DNA from: a virus
Lineage: Duplodnaviria > Caudoviricetes
DNA length: 48,391 bases
Direction: 5' to 3' (one strand)
IMG/VR virus record: IMGVR_UViG_3300034127_000010
Location: 1 to 48,391 of that record
Shown here: piece by piece, positions 7,088 to 16,043 of the stretch
Layout: each line of letters begins with the position of its first letter
Position numbering within the stretch: position 1 is the first letter of the stretch
Notes under the pieces: generated by a model
Told to the model about the DNA's origin: nothing
Databases searched by the model: none
What the model saw: only the letters and a program-made list of their open reading frames with translations
Position numbers and translations under genes: made by a program

Positions 7088-7876
7088 TCAGGCGGCCAAT
7101 TGCTCGCGCCGCTCGGTCGCTGCATCGCGCAGGGTCTGGCCATCCTCGTCGGACAGCAGCGGCAGGATCGCGTTCACCATCGGGTCGATATCGACGGCCA
7201 GCTCGATCTTCTTCAGTTCCGCCAGCGCGTCGGTGAGGTTGGTGGATTCGCCGTGGTCTGAGGGGGTGCGGCCTTCAAACGGGTCTTCGTCTGCCGATGC
7301 GGGCGCGAGCGCAGCGATCGCCGTATCGACTTGGGCCGCGAGTTCCGGGCGATTGGCCGACAGCCATGCTCGCTGTTTCACGACAACCGGATCATCGATC
7401 ACGTTGCCCAGGTTCTTCACATCGACCGAGCTGATGCGGGCGATCAGCGTGCGAACACCGTCTGCGGCTTTGTCGGCCTTCTGCTCGGCGACCAGCGGCA
7501 ACACCTTGTACGCCTTCTTGACGCCCTTGGTCGCGGTCAGCGCCATCGTCATCGGGCCATCGATATCGCTCATATGCGAGATGCGGATGCCGCCGACTGC
7601 GAGCGGGCCGAACTTGACGGTCGGGTCGCAGTAGAGGGTCAGCGACTTGCCGACATACTGGTTTGCGTCGAGCCCCCAGCCTTGCACCAGCACGCGGCAC
7701 ATGGACTTGCACGGGCGGAAAGCCTTGTCGCTGCCCTCGAAATAAATCGATACCGGCTGCTCCTGGCCGCCCTTCAACTGGACGGCGGCGATGGTGATCA
7801 TCATCGATCGACCCTGAAGGTCGTCGGCATTGATCTGGTCCGACTTCGGTACGATCACGCTGCTCATGTCGTTCAT
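7088..7876 (-). CDS. Putative ssDNA-binding/annealing partner of the exonuclease
   Basis: Position next to YqaJ; KSDQINADDL...GGIRISHMS beta-rich N-domain. Confidence 0.55.
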   Translation of the reverse strand: MNDMSSVIVPKSDQINADDLQGRSMMITIAAVQLKGGQEQPVSIYFEGSDKAFRPCKSMCRVLVQGWGLDANQYVGKSLTLYCDPTVKFGPLAVGGIRISHMSDIDGPMTMALTATKGVKKAYKVLPLVAEQKADKAADGVRTLIARISSVDVKNLGNVIDDPVVVKQRAWLSANRPELAAQVDTAIAALAPASADEDPFEGRTPSDHGESTNLTDALAELKKIELAVDIDPMVNAILPLLSDEDGQTLRDAATERREQLAA

Positions 7877-8016
7877 GATTGTTGTCCTTCTACTTTGGAT
7901 AGGATGGCGTTGACCTTGGCGGCCCATTGGGCGGTGCCGGGTTGCGGACCTTCGATGGCGACAAGCTCTTTCAGCAAGGCGATCAACTCAGCCTCAAGCG
8001 GGGTAAGCTGCTCCAT
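7873..8016 (-). CDS. Small hypothetical protein (47 aa)
   Basis: Coupled to neighbours on both sides. Confidence 0.55.
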   Translation of the reverse strand: MEQLTPLEAELIALLKELVAIEGPQPGTAQWAAKVNAILSKVEGQQS

Positions 8017-8714
8017 CACATGTACATTTCTTGTTCGATGCGGCGTACGGTCGGGATTAGCCGGGCACGCGACGCCGTTACTTCGTTGAACTTGTCCCAC
8101 GCAGCCGCGAGCCGGGCTTCGAAGGCGCCAGACGCTTCGATGATGGCGTTCTGGATCACGTCGTCGGGCCACACGCGCACGGTCGCCATAGGCAGGCCGC
8201 CGCTGTACGAAATGAAGTCCACCCAATCGCGCTCGGAAACGAGCGGACCGGCCTGGCACTGGAGCATGAAGTCGGCCGGGATCGTCTCACCAAGCACGTT
8301 CTCGATGATCGTCTGCACCTGGAATTTCTGCCGGCGCGACTTCGCTTCGATCAGCCCACGGTCGCCAACCAGCCCATCCGGCGAATAGCCGAGCGTGAAG
8401 CCCCATTTGTCGTTGGTGATGAAGCCCGCCGTGGTGACGGGACCATTCTCCGGGTACTTCTTCTCGTACTGGTCGCGCGCTTCGATCTCATCGACCTGGC
8501 CGCGCAGCATGTCGTCGTTGAAATAGCGCGGCTCGACATAGCGCGTGATGCGCTGGGCCAGTAGCTCGTACAGGTGGGCGCGCTCTTTGTCGTTGCTCGC
8601 GACCTTGAGCGTGGGCGTGATGATCAGCTTCATTTCGGAAGCGGTCAGGATGCCGCACCGGAGCGCGAGCCATTCGTCCGTGCCTTGATCGACGTTGTGG
8701 ATCTGGATGCCCAT
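8016..8714 (-). CDS. YqaJ/lambda-exonuclease family recombination nuclease
   Basis: QGTDEWLALR..LTASE, SPDGLV, IEAKS and QCQ motifs. Confidence 0.92.
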   Translation of the reverse strand: MGIQIHNVDQGTDEWLALRCGILTASEMKLIITPTLKVASNDKERAHLYELLAQRITRYVEPRYFNDDMLRGQVDEIEARDQYEKKYPENGPVTTAGFITNDKWGFTLGYSPDGLVGDRGLIEAKSRRQKFQVQTIIENVLGETIPADFMLQCQAGPLVSERDWVDFISYSGGLPMATVRVWPDDVIQNAIIEASGAFEARLAAAWDKFNEVTASRARLIPTVRRIEQEMYM

Positions 8715-8827
8715 CACCGCAGCCCCAGCATGTAGGCAATCGTGCCGTCAGCCCAAGCGCAAGCCCCAGCAATGGCCACCCCCACGCAAATCCCGCAGAG
8801 GATCGCCCAGGTTGCAGAGCGCGTCAC
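8714..8827 (-). CDS. Small single-TM peptide (37 aa)
   Basis: MTRSATWAILCGICVGVAIAGACAWADG..., read manually and coupled at both ends. Confidence 0.5.
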   Translation of the reverse strand: MTRSATWAILCGICVGVAIAGACAWADGTIAYMLGLR

Positions 8828-9252
8828 GATTGCACCATGCGGGCGCGGAGGGAGGCGGCTGTTAGGGCGAGCGCAGGAGTTGATGCCTGTCCTTCAGCCC
8901 GCGTCGGCGCAGTCACGACCGCGACGTATGCGATGCGCCCACCGATAAAACGACCCTTAACGAGGCTTCCGAAATGGTCGCCAGCCAGAGTCATTGCCGC
9001 ATCGAGCGAGGCGGTATAAGCAGGCGGCTCTCCGTAATAGAACGGGCCAAGGACTCCGGTTCGATGCTGGCGCCAGACATCAAAGTCGATGTCACGCATC
9101 ACGCCGAACGTGGATCCAACAGTCCCATGACCCGGATCGGTCATGCATTTCGCGTCCGGGGTCACGGCGACCTGGATAAGACAATCCAACTCCCGATCCG
9201 GCCCCGACGCGCGTTCTACGCGCTCCACCAACTCCTGACTGATCTCGCTCAC
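8824..9252 (-). CDS. Phage ABA-sandwich-like protein
   Basis: GPDRELD...PAYTASLDAAMTL...TPALALTAASLRA. Confidence 0.7.
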   Translation of the reverse strand: MSEISQELVERVERASGPDRELDCLIQVAVTPDAKCMTDPGHGTVGSTFGVMRDIDFDVWRQHRTGVLGPFYYGEPPAYTASLDAAMTLAGDHFGSLVKGRFIGGRIAYVAVVTAPTRAEGQASTPALALTAASLRARMVQS

Positions 9253-9289
9253 GAAGCCCTCCCTTCAATCTCAGCAATCGGGGTGCGCA

Positions 9290-9838
9290 TCAGTTGTCGA
9301 ACCAGAAGACGAGGCGCGTCTGCTTGCCGCAGGATTCGAACGCCCGCATCGCGGCCATCGTGGCGATCCATTCGGCCGGCACTTCGCCTTCGTTCGGCCG
9401 ATAGGTGACCGCGAGTTTCTTGTAGTGATCCAGCGCCTGCTGAAGCTCGTCAGCGGTCAGCCAGCTATGGCTATGCCAGTCGGGACCGGACACGCGACGA
9501 AGCCTGCCCTTGTCGTCGTTTTCGCCGACCGAATAGCCGCGTTCGACCCACTGCTGGGCCTTTTCGAGGCTAATCCAGTCTTCGTCATCCGCCCATTCGG
9601 GGTAAGCTTCCGGCGCGACATTGGTCCAATATCTCTCGCCGGTATCGTATCCCAGCCGGCCGGTCGGCATACCTTTCGGAGCGAACAGCTTGGCATCTTC
9701 CACGCGCACGCCAGCCAGAACGCCAAACATCACATAGTTGCGACTGCCGCCGTTGCTGGTGAAGTTCTTCCAATACGGCTCGCCTTCGACTGTGGTGAAG
9801 TCGGCATATTCGAGGTAGGTGTGGATATCGCAGCCCAT
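9290..9838 (-). CDS. Conserved phage protein (MGCDIH...RNY..F..LAGVR...HSHSWL...VFWFDN)
   Basis: Recognisable family pattern of unknown function; flanked by 18-bp repeats. Confidence 0.8.
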   Translation of the reverse strand: MGCDIHTYLEYADFTTVEGEPYWKNFTSNGGSRNYVMFGVLAGVRVEDAKLFAPKGMPTGRLGYDTGERYWTNVAPEAYPEWADDEDWISLEKAQQWVERGYSVGENDDKGRLRRVSGPDWHSHSWLTADELQQALDHYKKLAVTYRPNEGEVPAEWIATMAAMRAFESCGKQTRLVFWFDN

Positions 9839-9840
9839 GG

Positions 9841-10041
9841 TTATTTCCCTTCAATCTCAGCAAATTCCGCAGCACTGATCGGCCTCGACAGATCGAGCAG
9901 CCGGGCTACGTCGGACGGATTCCCCTGCGACACGCGGACGGTGACAGGCCGGACGGACAGGGGGCCGCGGGCAAGCGCGATGGCCACAGACGCGCGCGTT
10001 TCATCGGCGTGTCCGGGGGCGAATGGGTTCGGGTAATTCAC
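9841..10041 (-). CDS. Small hypothetical protein
   Basis: GGAGGG RBS before a GTG start. Confidence 0.55.
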   Translation of the reverse strand: MNYPNPFAPGHADETRASVAIALARGPLSVRPVTVRVSQGNPSDVARLLDLSRPISAAEFAEIEGK

Positions 10042-10253
10042 CGGTCCCTCCATTCGAACTGATCTTCGTAAATCGCGTCGCCGGGTGTTGGCATCGGATC
10101 GCCGCGACGCTCGTCGTTGTTCATCTCCCACGACGCCCATGCTTCCTGCCAAGCTGACAGCGGCGTGAAGTCGTAGGGGCTGCGCAGGGCGAGGCGGGCG
10201 TATCGCAGGCACCAGAGGACGCGGCGGGCTAGGGTGGTGGTTGAGGTGGTCAT
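10038..10253 (-). CDS. Small hypothetical protein
   Basis: Coupled ORF. Confidence 0.55.
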   Translation of the reverse strand: MTTSTTTLARRVLWCLRYARLALRSPYDFTPLSAWQEAWASWEMNNDERRGDPMPTPGDAIYEDQFEWRDR

Positions 10254-10573
10254 GCGCCGCGCGCCTTGGCGGCCTGCGTTCGGCTGGGGGTGGACCGGCC
10301 GAAACCCGCGTAGCTGTGGGAATTTCTCAACGCTTGGTATCGGCGCTCGCGAGCTTGGGCGGCCGCCTCCTGCTTCGGTGTCAGCGGGGCGCTCAACCTG
10401 TCGTATTCGTCCTCGCTCAGGACAATCGCGCTGTCCGCCACGTCCACAGGGAATGGATCCGGGCAACCTATGGTGTACGCCATGCGCTCGCCCTTCTTGC
10501 CAGTCACAGCAACAGGCTCGAAATTCCCGTCGCCGATCCGCGCCCAATAGAACTTAGCTTTCGTCCCGCTCAT
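10250..10573 (-). CDS. Hypothetical protein
   Basis: Coupled ORF. Confidence 0.65.
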   Translation of the reverse strand: MSGTKAKFYWARIGDGNFEPVAVTGKKGERMAYTIGCPDPFPVDVADSAIVLSEDEYDRLSAPLTPKQEAAAQARERRYQALRNSHSYAGFGRSTPSRTQAAKARGA

Positions 10574-10911
10574 GACGCGGCCCCGGTGCGTGCGAGGTTC
10601 AAAGCAGCATCGATGCGGGCAAGGGCGTCGCAGGCCAAGGCGACAATCGATTCACTGGCCTGCGAGAAATACGACTTGCGCTCTGCCGCGTCAGATACCC
10701 AATCGCGGATGCCCTCCAGCGCTTCCAGCAACGCCGGGGCGGATGCGATCAGGCGGGCGTCGCGGTCGCGCTGCTCGCCCATTTCGAACGTCACATCAGT
10801 GGCGTACAGGACGTAGCTGATCGGAAACGACGGGCCTTCGATAATGCCAAAGGAACTGGGATAATTGCTATCCCGACCGACCGACCATGGACCCGGCGTG
10901 TGCGTACCCAT
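10570..10911 (-). CDS. Phage HTPGPW...ARLIAxAPxLLEAL family protein
   Basis: Characteristic motif; GGAGG RBS. Confidence 0.8.
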   Translation of the reverse strand: MGTHTPGPWSVGRDSNYPSSFGIIEGPSFPISYVLYATDVTFEMGEQRDRDARLIASAPALLEALEGIRDWVSDAAERKSYFSQASESIVALACDALARIDAALNLARTGAAS

Positions 10912-11109
10912 CTCAAAACCTCCGAGTAAAATAAGGATCGCTGCAGCCGTCATCCGGCCGCACCAGCAGACCAGCCGCGCCGTCCCGAGCCTTCGCCTGT
11001 GCGGGCGTCAGGACCCATTTCGCGGCACGCTCGCGCATCTCCGCAAGCTCGGCGTCAGTGACTACCGGGCCCTTCGTTTCGGGGCGCATTGGGTGGCGGG
11101 GTTGCGCGG

Positions 11110-11352
11110 TCATGGCCGGACGATCCGGTAGGCGACGATGTCCGTCTCGGGATCGTACGGGCCTCCGTGCCGCCAAGACAGCGTCCCGGCCAGCATGGGG
11201 CTGCCCACGGGAAGGATACGGCGATCAGTCGTTTCGCTGCCGGTCCCGTCGCGCAGGATAATATGAACCCGCGCGTAAGAATCGACGGGACACTCACCCC
11301 CAGCCCACTCCACCCAATCCGAACCGGCTTCCGCCATCGTCGGGGCGGTCAT
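11110..11352 (-). CDS. Phage WxEWxGGECPV...DIVAYR domain protein
   Basis: Characteristic motif. Confidence 0.75.
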   Translation of the reverse strand: MTAPTMAEAGSDWVEWAGGECPVDSYARVHIILRDGTGSETTDRRILPVGSPMLAGTLSWRHGGPYDPETDIVAYRIVRP

Positions 11353-11507
11353 GCTGCTTCTCGCGCGACAAGCGTCTCTCCCGCCCAGATCAGGCGAGCG
11401 AGCATGTCAGGATGAATGTTGGTCTGACCACCGCTACGGCGCCGACCTTGTGCGTCCTTGGCGAACCGCACGGCCTGAGCGATCTGGACGGGCGTGTAGG
11501 CGGTCAT
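11349..11507 (-). CDS. Small hypothetical protein
   Basis: Coupled ORF. Confidence 0.5.
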   Translation of the reverse strand: MTAYTPVQIAQAVRFAKDAQGRRRSGGQTNIHPDMLARLIWAGETLVAREAA

Positions 11508-11932
11508 GCCGACACCACGGGGCGAACGAAGCACAGGTGGCCATCGTTGGTGCCGGTCGCCTTGAGATTGGCGATCACCTCGTCAACGTTCTCGCCCTTG
11601 AGCATCTGGCGGGCGAACAGATCGCGCCCCGTGATGTCCGTCATCACGATATGGCCGAAGGTGATAGTCAGGCCGTCCGCGATTTCCTCGTCGGTCAGGA
11701 CACTGCGCGAGCCGATGGATGCGGCGTCGGTGAAATACTCAGCCTCGACAGATGCGGGGTCGATCTGGAAGCCGGGCTCGAAGCCCTTGAGGTATTCGGT
11801 GTAGCCAGCGTTGATGTTGGCGATGCTGACTTTCAGGCGCTCAGCAATCGCTTCTGCGTCGCCCGGCGTGCCGAAGAATGCCGCGTGGGCAATCGCCTCT
11901 GCCTTTGCCGCTGCGTTCCAGTCCGTTGCCAT
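11504..11932 (-). CDS. Hypothetical protein, first gene after PL
   Basis: GGAGAG RBS. Confidence 0.7.
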   Translation of the reverse strand: MATDWNAAAKAEAIAHAAFFGTPGDAEAIAERLKVSIANINAGYTEYLKGFEPGFQIDPASVEAEYFTDAASIGSRSVLTDEEIADGLTITFGHIVMTDITGRDLFARQMLKGENVDEVIANLKATGTNDGHLCFVRPVVSA

Positions 11933-11972
11933 CGTCGTCTCTCCGCGGCCGAATGCCGTCTGGAGAGTGTTC

Positions 11973-12021
11973 TTGCACATTATGCAAACAGCGGTCAACA
12001 GGAAAGTTGCACATCATGCAA
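11973..12021 (-). promoter_or_regulatory. PL/OL: two TTGCA-N5-TGCAA operators
   Basis: TTGCACATTATGCAA at 11973-11987 and TTGCACATCATGCAA at 12007-12021, with minus-strand TTGACC between them. Confidence 0.8.
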
Positions 12022-12175
12022 ATAATGGTCCGCCCTACGTAAAATGACGGGGTGTCGCGCGACGGTCGGATTGGGCCTATATTCCGGCCGACTCGACCAT
12101 AGTTGAACTCCGCAACCTTTCTGCCACGCGGCGCAGAGGGGCTGAGGAATTTTCCTAGACACGTCGCAAAAATGA

Positions 12176-12190
12176 GAACAAAAGAGCAAC
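12176..12190 (+). promoter_or_regulatory. Near-consensus SOS box (GAAC-N7-CAAC) ahead of an ORF antisense to cI
   Basis: GAAC-AAAAGAG-CAAC, with a TAGACA -35-like hexamer at 12156. Confidence 0.5.
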
Positions 12191-12218
12191 GGAGAGGGAG
12201 TGTTTAGGACGTGAGTCG

Positions 12219-12506
12219 ATGTTCTTGAAAGAGCCAGCGTGCGACGTGGGGTGCCGCGTCTGCCTCCTGTCCTGCGCCGTTAAGCCTGATCGGCTGGCTT
12301 GGTGGGAGCGGGAGGTGGAGCGCCTTTTGCGCGAGCGCGTTTCTTACCATCGGCCTGGCTGGCACGAGTGGCGGGAGCACCTGAAAGCCGCTCAACACGC
12401 ATGTGCAGAGCTGACGCGGCAGATCGAGGCCACTCGGAGTACGGGAGTTGGGCCGGCAGCTCTTGCTGCACATCTCTCAATAGGTCGGTCAGCACTTCTT
12501 CATTAG
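12219..12506 (+). CDS. Putative SOS-controlled antirepressor-like ORF, antisense to the cI 3' half
   Basis: N-terminal CxxxCxxCxxxC; purine-rich leader; SOS-like box upstream. Confidence 0.4.
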   Translation: MFLKEPACDVGCRVCLLSCAVKPDRLAWWEREVERLLRERVSYHRPGWHEWREHLKAAQHACAELTRQIEATRSTGVGPAALAAHLSIGRSALLH

Positions 12507-12738
12507 GCATCAGGGTCGGGGCCTCGCCGTCCTCGCTGAAGATATCCTGCACCCGGCACGCATACGCGCGTGCGATCGACGGCAAATTGCTACTCGGGAT
12601 ATTGGCCTTACCGTTCTCCCACCGGGACAGCATGCTCACCGAATAACCGATGCGTTCGGTCATCTGTTCGAGCGTGAGCCCGAGCCGTTCACGGAGCTGA
12701 GAGAGGTTGATTTGCACGGGCGGGACTTTGCACGACAC
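12280..12738 (-). CDS. cI: CI-like XRE HTH repressor without an S24 peptidase domain
   Basis: LRERLGLTLEQMTERIGYSVSMLSRWENGK; divergent from cro; GGAGGG RBS before the GTG at 12738. Confidence 0.85.
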   Translation of the reverse strand: MSCKVPPVQINLSQLRERLGLTLEQMTERIGYSVSMLSRWENGKANIPSSNLPSIARAYACRVQDIFSEDGEAPTLMPNEEVLTDLLRDVQQELPAQLPYSEWPRSAASALHMRVERLSGAPATRASQADGKKRARAKGAPPPAPTKPADQA

Positions 12739-12804
12739 GCAAACTCCCTCCAGAGCATGATATGCAAATCGGCGATTGACCTCGTGTTGCATATTGTGCA
12801 AATT
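12728..12804 (+). promoter_or_regulatory. OR operators and PR
   Basis: TTGCACGACACGCAA at 12728, GAGCATGATATGCAA at 12753 and TTGCATATTGTGCAA at 12787. TTGACC at 12776 has the same 5-nt offset to the operator as in PL. Confidence 0.8.
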
Positions 12805-12811
12805 GGCGATC

Positions 12812-13006
12812 ATGACCCTTTCCGATTATCTCAAGCAGCCGGGCAAGAGCGCCACTGACCTCGCCAACGAGGTGAAAGTCGCTGTGTCCACGATCACACG
12901 CGCCGCCAGGGGCGAGGTAGTGCCATCGCGAAAGCTGATGCACGACCTGTTCGAGGCGACAGGTGGGCAGGTCACGCCGAACGATTTCTTCGGAATCGCA
13001 GCATGA
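12812..13006 (+). CDS. cro: Cro-like HTH protein (probably leaderless)
   Basis: MTLSDYLK..SATDLA..STITR..GEVVPS...ATGGQVTPNDF. Confidence 0.88.
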   Translation: MTLSDYLKQPGKSATDLANEVKVAVSTITRAARGEVVPSRKLMHDLFEATGGQVTPNDFFGIAA

Positions 13007-13338
13007 GCGACGATGTCATGACCTGCGTCCGCTGCGGCCAGCCGATGCGCGTTTCCTACATGGGGAATATCACCAAGTGCCCGTGCGCTGGCGATCTCGC
13101 TACCGCCGTCGCAGGTCCAGCGACACCCGATACCGAACGGGCCGCGCGCCTTGCTCGCCAACAGGAGGGCCGGACGCGCCAGATCGTCATTGAGGAACTG
13201 CACCGGCAGTTCGGCCGCGTGGCTCTGTCTCATGGCTGCGTTTGCCCCGTAGGCGCTGAAAAGACCTGTAGCGGTCCACTTTGTCCGCGCCGCTCCCTCC
13301 CCGCCGGTTCATGTTCGGGAGCGGGGGCGGGGGCGTGA
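13003..13338 (+). CDS. Cys-rich hypothetical protein
   Basis: Coupled to cro; CVRC, CPC and GCVCP motifs. Confidence 0.6.
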   Translation: MSDDVMTCVRCGQPMRVSYMGNITKCPCAGDLATAVAGPATPDTERAARLARQQEGRTRQIVIEELHRQFGRVALSHGCVCPVGAEKTCSGPLCPRRSLPAGSCSGAGAGA

Positions 13339-13784
13339 GCGAGATCGTCCTCGGCTTCACCGGCACCCGTCGCCCTGGGACGCGCATTCAGCGCGACACT
13401 CTGAAGGAACTGCTGTTCGAGGCGCGTGCGCACGGCGCCGAGTGGATGCACAACGGCGATTGCGTCGGGCTTGACGCATTCGCTGGCACCTACTGGCGCG
13501 CAATCGGCGGGAAGTTGCATCTGCATCCGCCGTCCGACCCACGCCTGCGCGCATACCTCGACGCTGACATTGTCGAGATGCCGAAAGCGTACCTCGTCCG
13601 CAATCGCGACATCGTCAACGATTCCACGAGGCTGATCGCTGCTCCGAACGAGATGACCGAGCAAGATCGCGGCGGCACGTGGTCGACCATTCGATACGCG
13701 ATCCTCCGCAAGTCGCCACTGATGATCGTGCGCCCGGACGGTTCCGCCACCCCTCACATCAACCCCCCGGAGTCAGTCGCATGA
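13335..13784 (+). CDS. SLOG (DprA/YspA-like) nucleotide-binding protein
   Basis: GFTGTR, HNGDCVGLD, RNRDIV and GGTWSTIRYA motifs. Confidence 0.8.
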   Translation: MSEIVLGFTGTRRPGTRIQRDTLKELLFEARAHGAEWMHNGDCVGLDAFAGTYWRAIGGKLHLHPPSDPRLRAYLDADIVEMPKAYLVRNRDIVNDSTRLIAAPNEMTEQDRGGTWSTIRYAILRKSPLMIVRPDGSATPHINPPESVA

Positions 13785-13960
13785 CCATTCCCAGCATAGT
13801 CGCGCTCGTCCTGTTTTTCGCGTCGATCGCCGTCACCGTCCTGCTTGTCGCCGCCTGCATCGTCGCTGGTGACGCAGACGCCAGCAACGACGCGCGCAGC
13901 CACATCGGCGAACGGCTCGGGGGTGGGCGGGGTGTCGATCATCATGGACAGGAGCAATAA
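13781..13960 (+). CDS. Small membrane protein
   Basis: MTIPSIVALVLFFASIAVTVLLVAAC; coupled. Confidence 0.55.
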   Translation: MTIPSIVALVLFFASIAVTVLLVAACIVAGDADASNDARSHIGERLGGGRGVDHHGQEQ

Positions 13961-14421
13961 TGATGCGGTGCAGCAATGTCTGTCTCATTGAACCTATCTC
14001 GAAGGACAAGTTTCAGCGCCAGCTTGCCGCAGCCTGGGGGCGAGTATGGCCCCGCGTCGGCAAGGGCGAGATGGCTGACCGGATGGGGTTGAGCGACTCC
14101 AAGACGATCGACCGCGCGGTGACGGCGGCCAATCTCCCGGAAGCGCACACCATCTTCAATTCGCTGTGCGCCGACCCGACCGCGCTTGACGAGGTGCTGG
14201 CGCTGTACGGCTTCCGGCTCTGCTCGCTGGCACCCGAGGCGGCGAACGACATGGCGACGCTGTCCGGCCTTTGCGAGACCGCGGCTGTTCTGTCCGAGGC
14301 GCTAAAGGACGGCAAGCGGGTTCATCCTGAGACGCTGGACGTCGCCGACAAGCTGCGCCCGCATATGCCAGCGCTTATCGCCATCGTTCGGGAAGCTGAT
14401 GCGCTGCGTGGTGCGGCATGA
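13960..14421 (+). CDS. CII-like regulator
   Basis: HTH (MADRMGLSDSKTIDR) plus a helical ALKDGK..ET C-terminus; CII position. Confidence 0.65.
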   Translation: MMRCSNVCLIEPISKDKFQRQLAAAWGRVWPRVGKGEMADRMGLSDSKTIDRAVTAANLPEAHTIFNSLCADPTALDEVLALYGFRLCSLAPEAANDMATLSGLCETAAVLSEALKDGKRVHPETLDVADKLRPHMPALIAIVREADALRGAA

Positions 14422-15527
14422 CCATCATCATCGCCAACCGCCAGACACTGGCCGCAGCACTTAAGCACGGCGCGTCGATCGTCGAAAAGAGCGGCGTCGA
14501 TGTCGTCAACAATGCCCGGCTGTCCGTCCAGCGCGGGCAACTGGCGCTGATGTTCACCGACCTGTCGCTCTGGCTATCAACCAGCATCGCCGTCGAGGCT
14601 GATGCCATCACGGTCACGTCGATCCCGGCAACCCTGCTATCGCGCGCCGTTGACGCCATGGAGGGCACCGAAGCCCGGATAGAGGTTTCAGCCAACGCCG
14701 CGTCCGCCAGCATTTCGAGCGGACGAGCGAAGTTCAAGCTTCCGATCATACCGGGCGACCAGTTCCCGGCAGTGCCAGCCGAAGACCTCGCAGCATGTAA
14801 GCCGGCGACAGTCAGCGTCAAGGCTATCGGAGAGGCGCTGGCATCGGTCGCGTATGCCGCGCCGTCCGAGATCTGCAACTGGCCTCAGGCCGTGTTCTTC
14901 GATCTGGCGGATGGCGAATTCAACCTCGTAGCGCAGGACGGCAAGCGGCTGGCTCACGCCGCCATATCGAACGATGGCGAGGAAATCCCCGGGTTCGGCC
15001 TGCCGATGAAGGCGGCGCGCGTTCTCGCCCGCCTCTGCGCCGATGTTGGGACGGGTGATGTCAGCATAGCGGCGACAGATCGGCTCGCGTCGTTCTCGGT
15101 CGGCAACTGGCTGCTCGTCACCAACCTGATTCAGGCGAAGGTTGGCCGGTATGCCGATGTGGTCGATGAGCGCGCAGGCGACCCGATCATGTTCGACCCG
15201 CGCGCGATGGAGCGCGCCCTTGGCCGCCTGTCGCTGATCTCCGACCAATATGCGCAGGGCGTTCGCTTCGAGCTTCAGGCCGACAAGCTGACGCTGTCCC
15301 TCGCAAACCAGAAATCAGGCGAAGCGACCGAGGAAGTCCCGGTTGCCTACGAAGGCGAGCCACAGACGCTCGGCTACAGCCTGACCCTGATGCGCGACGC
15401 GCTGCGCAACATCCCCGGAGACGATGCGGAAATGTTCGTGTCGCTGCCCGTCAAGCGCGCCCTCCTAACTGCCCGCCACCCGGCCAATGGCGGATCAACG
15501 CACCTCATCGGCCCATTCGCAGTCTGA
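14418..15527 (+). CDS. dnaN: DNA polymerase III beta sliding-clamp homolog (divergent)
   Basis: 369 aa; FTDL, KFKLPIIPGDQFP, LVAQDGKRLA and EATEEVPVAYEGEP match DnaN architecture. Confidence 0.88.
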   Translation: MTIIIANRQTLAAALKHGASIVEKSGVDVVNNARLSVQRGQLALMFTDLSLWLSTSIAVEADAITVTSIPATLLSRAVDAMEGTEARIEVSANAASASISSGRAKFKLPIIPGDQFPAVPAEDLAACKPATVSVKAIGEALASVAYAAPSEICNWPQAVFFDLADGEFNLVAQDGKRLAHAAISNDGEEIPGFGLPMKAARVLARLCADVGTGDVSIAATDRLASFSVGNWLLVTNLIQAKVGRYADVVDERAGDPIMFDPRAMERALGRLSLISDQYAQGVRFELQADKLTLSLANQKSGEATEEVPVAYEGEPQTLGYSLTLMRDALRNIPGDDAEMFVSLPVKRALLTARHPANGGSTHLIGPFAV

Positions 15528-15539
15528 AAGGAAGTTAAA

Positions 15540-15752
15540 ATGGAACAGTTCCGTGAACTCGCTCGCGCCCTCGCCCTCCGAGATTTCGCGGGCGCCGATA
15601 TCATCCTGCGCATTCTCGTGTCTGACGAGCAGAATTTCGAGGACGAACGCAAGCAGGAGGAGGCCGCGCACCAGGTCGAACTCGGCTACACCGATGCCGC
15701 CAACATTCGGCGTCGTGACGGCAAGGTTTCCGTCCTGAAGGCGGCGGCGTGA
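15540..15752 (+). CDS. Small hypothetical protein
   Basis: AAGGA RBS. Confidence 0.6.
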   Translation: MEQFRELARALALRDFAGADIILRILVSDEQNFEDERKQEEAAHQVELGYTDAANIRRRDGKVSVLKAAA

Positions 15753-16043
15753 AAAACCCCATCCGCGCATATTTCGATCCGAACACCCGCAAGTGCCTCA
15801 AGCCCGTGCACTTCGCGGCCCCGTTCGCCACGCCAGCGCAGCGCCAGATGATCGAATGGAACAAGCGCTCTCGCAGGTGGATAGCGGAGGTATCCCGATG
15901 ATCAACCTCTCCAAATGGTGGAGCAAGCCGACGCCGGCCGCTCCCGAGCCAAAGCGCGTCTCGACGCACCTGACACCAGCCTATGAGACACGCCGCGTCC
16001 GCGAGCTGCGAGCCGCACGCGCGAAGTTCGAAGGAGCAAGCGC

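Noticed and set aside
12022-12150. Possible sRNA between OL and the SOS-like box
   Set aside because: A few short stems only, not distinguishable from chance in GC-rich DNA without computation.
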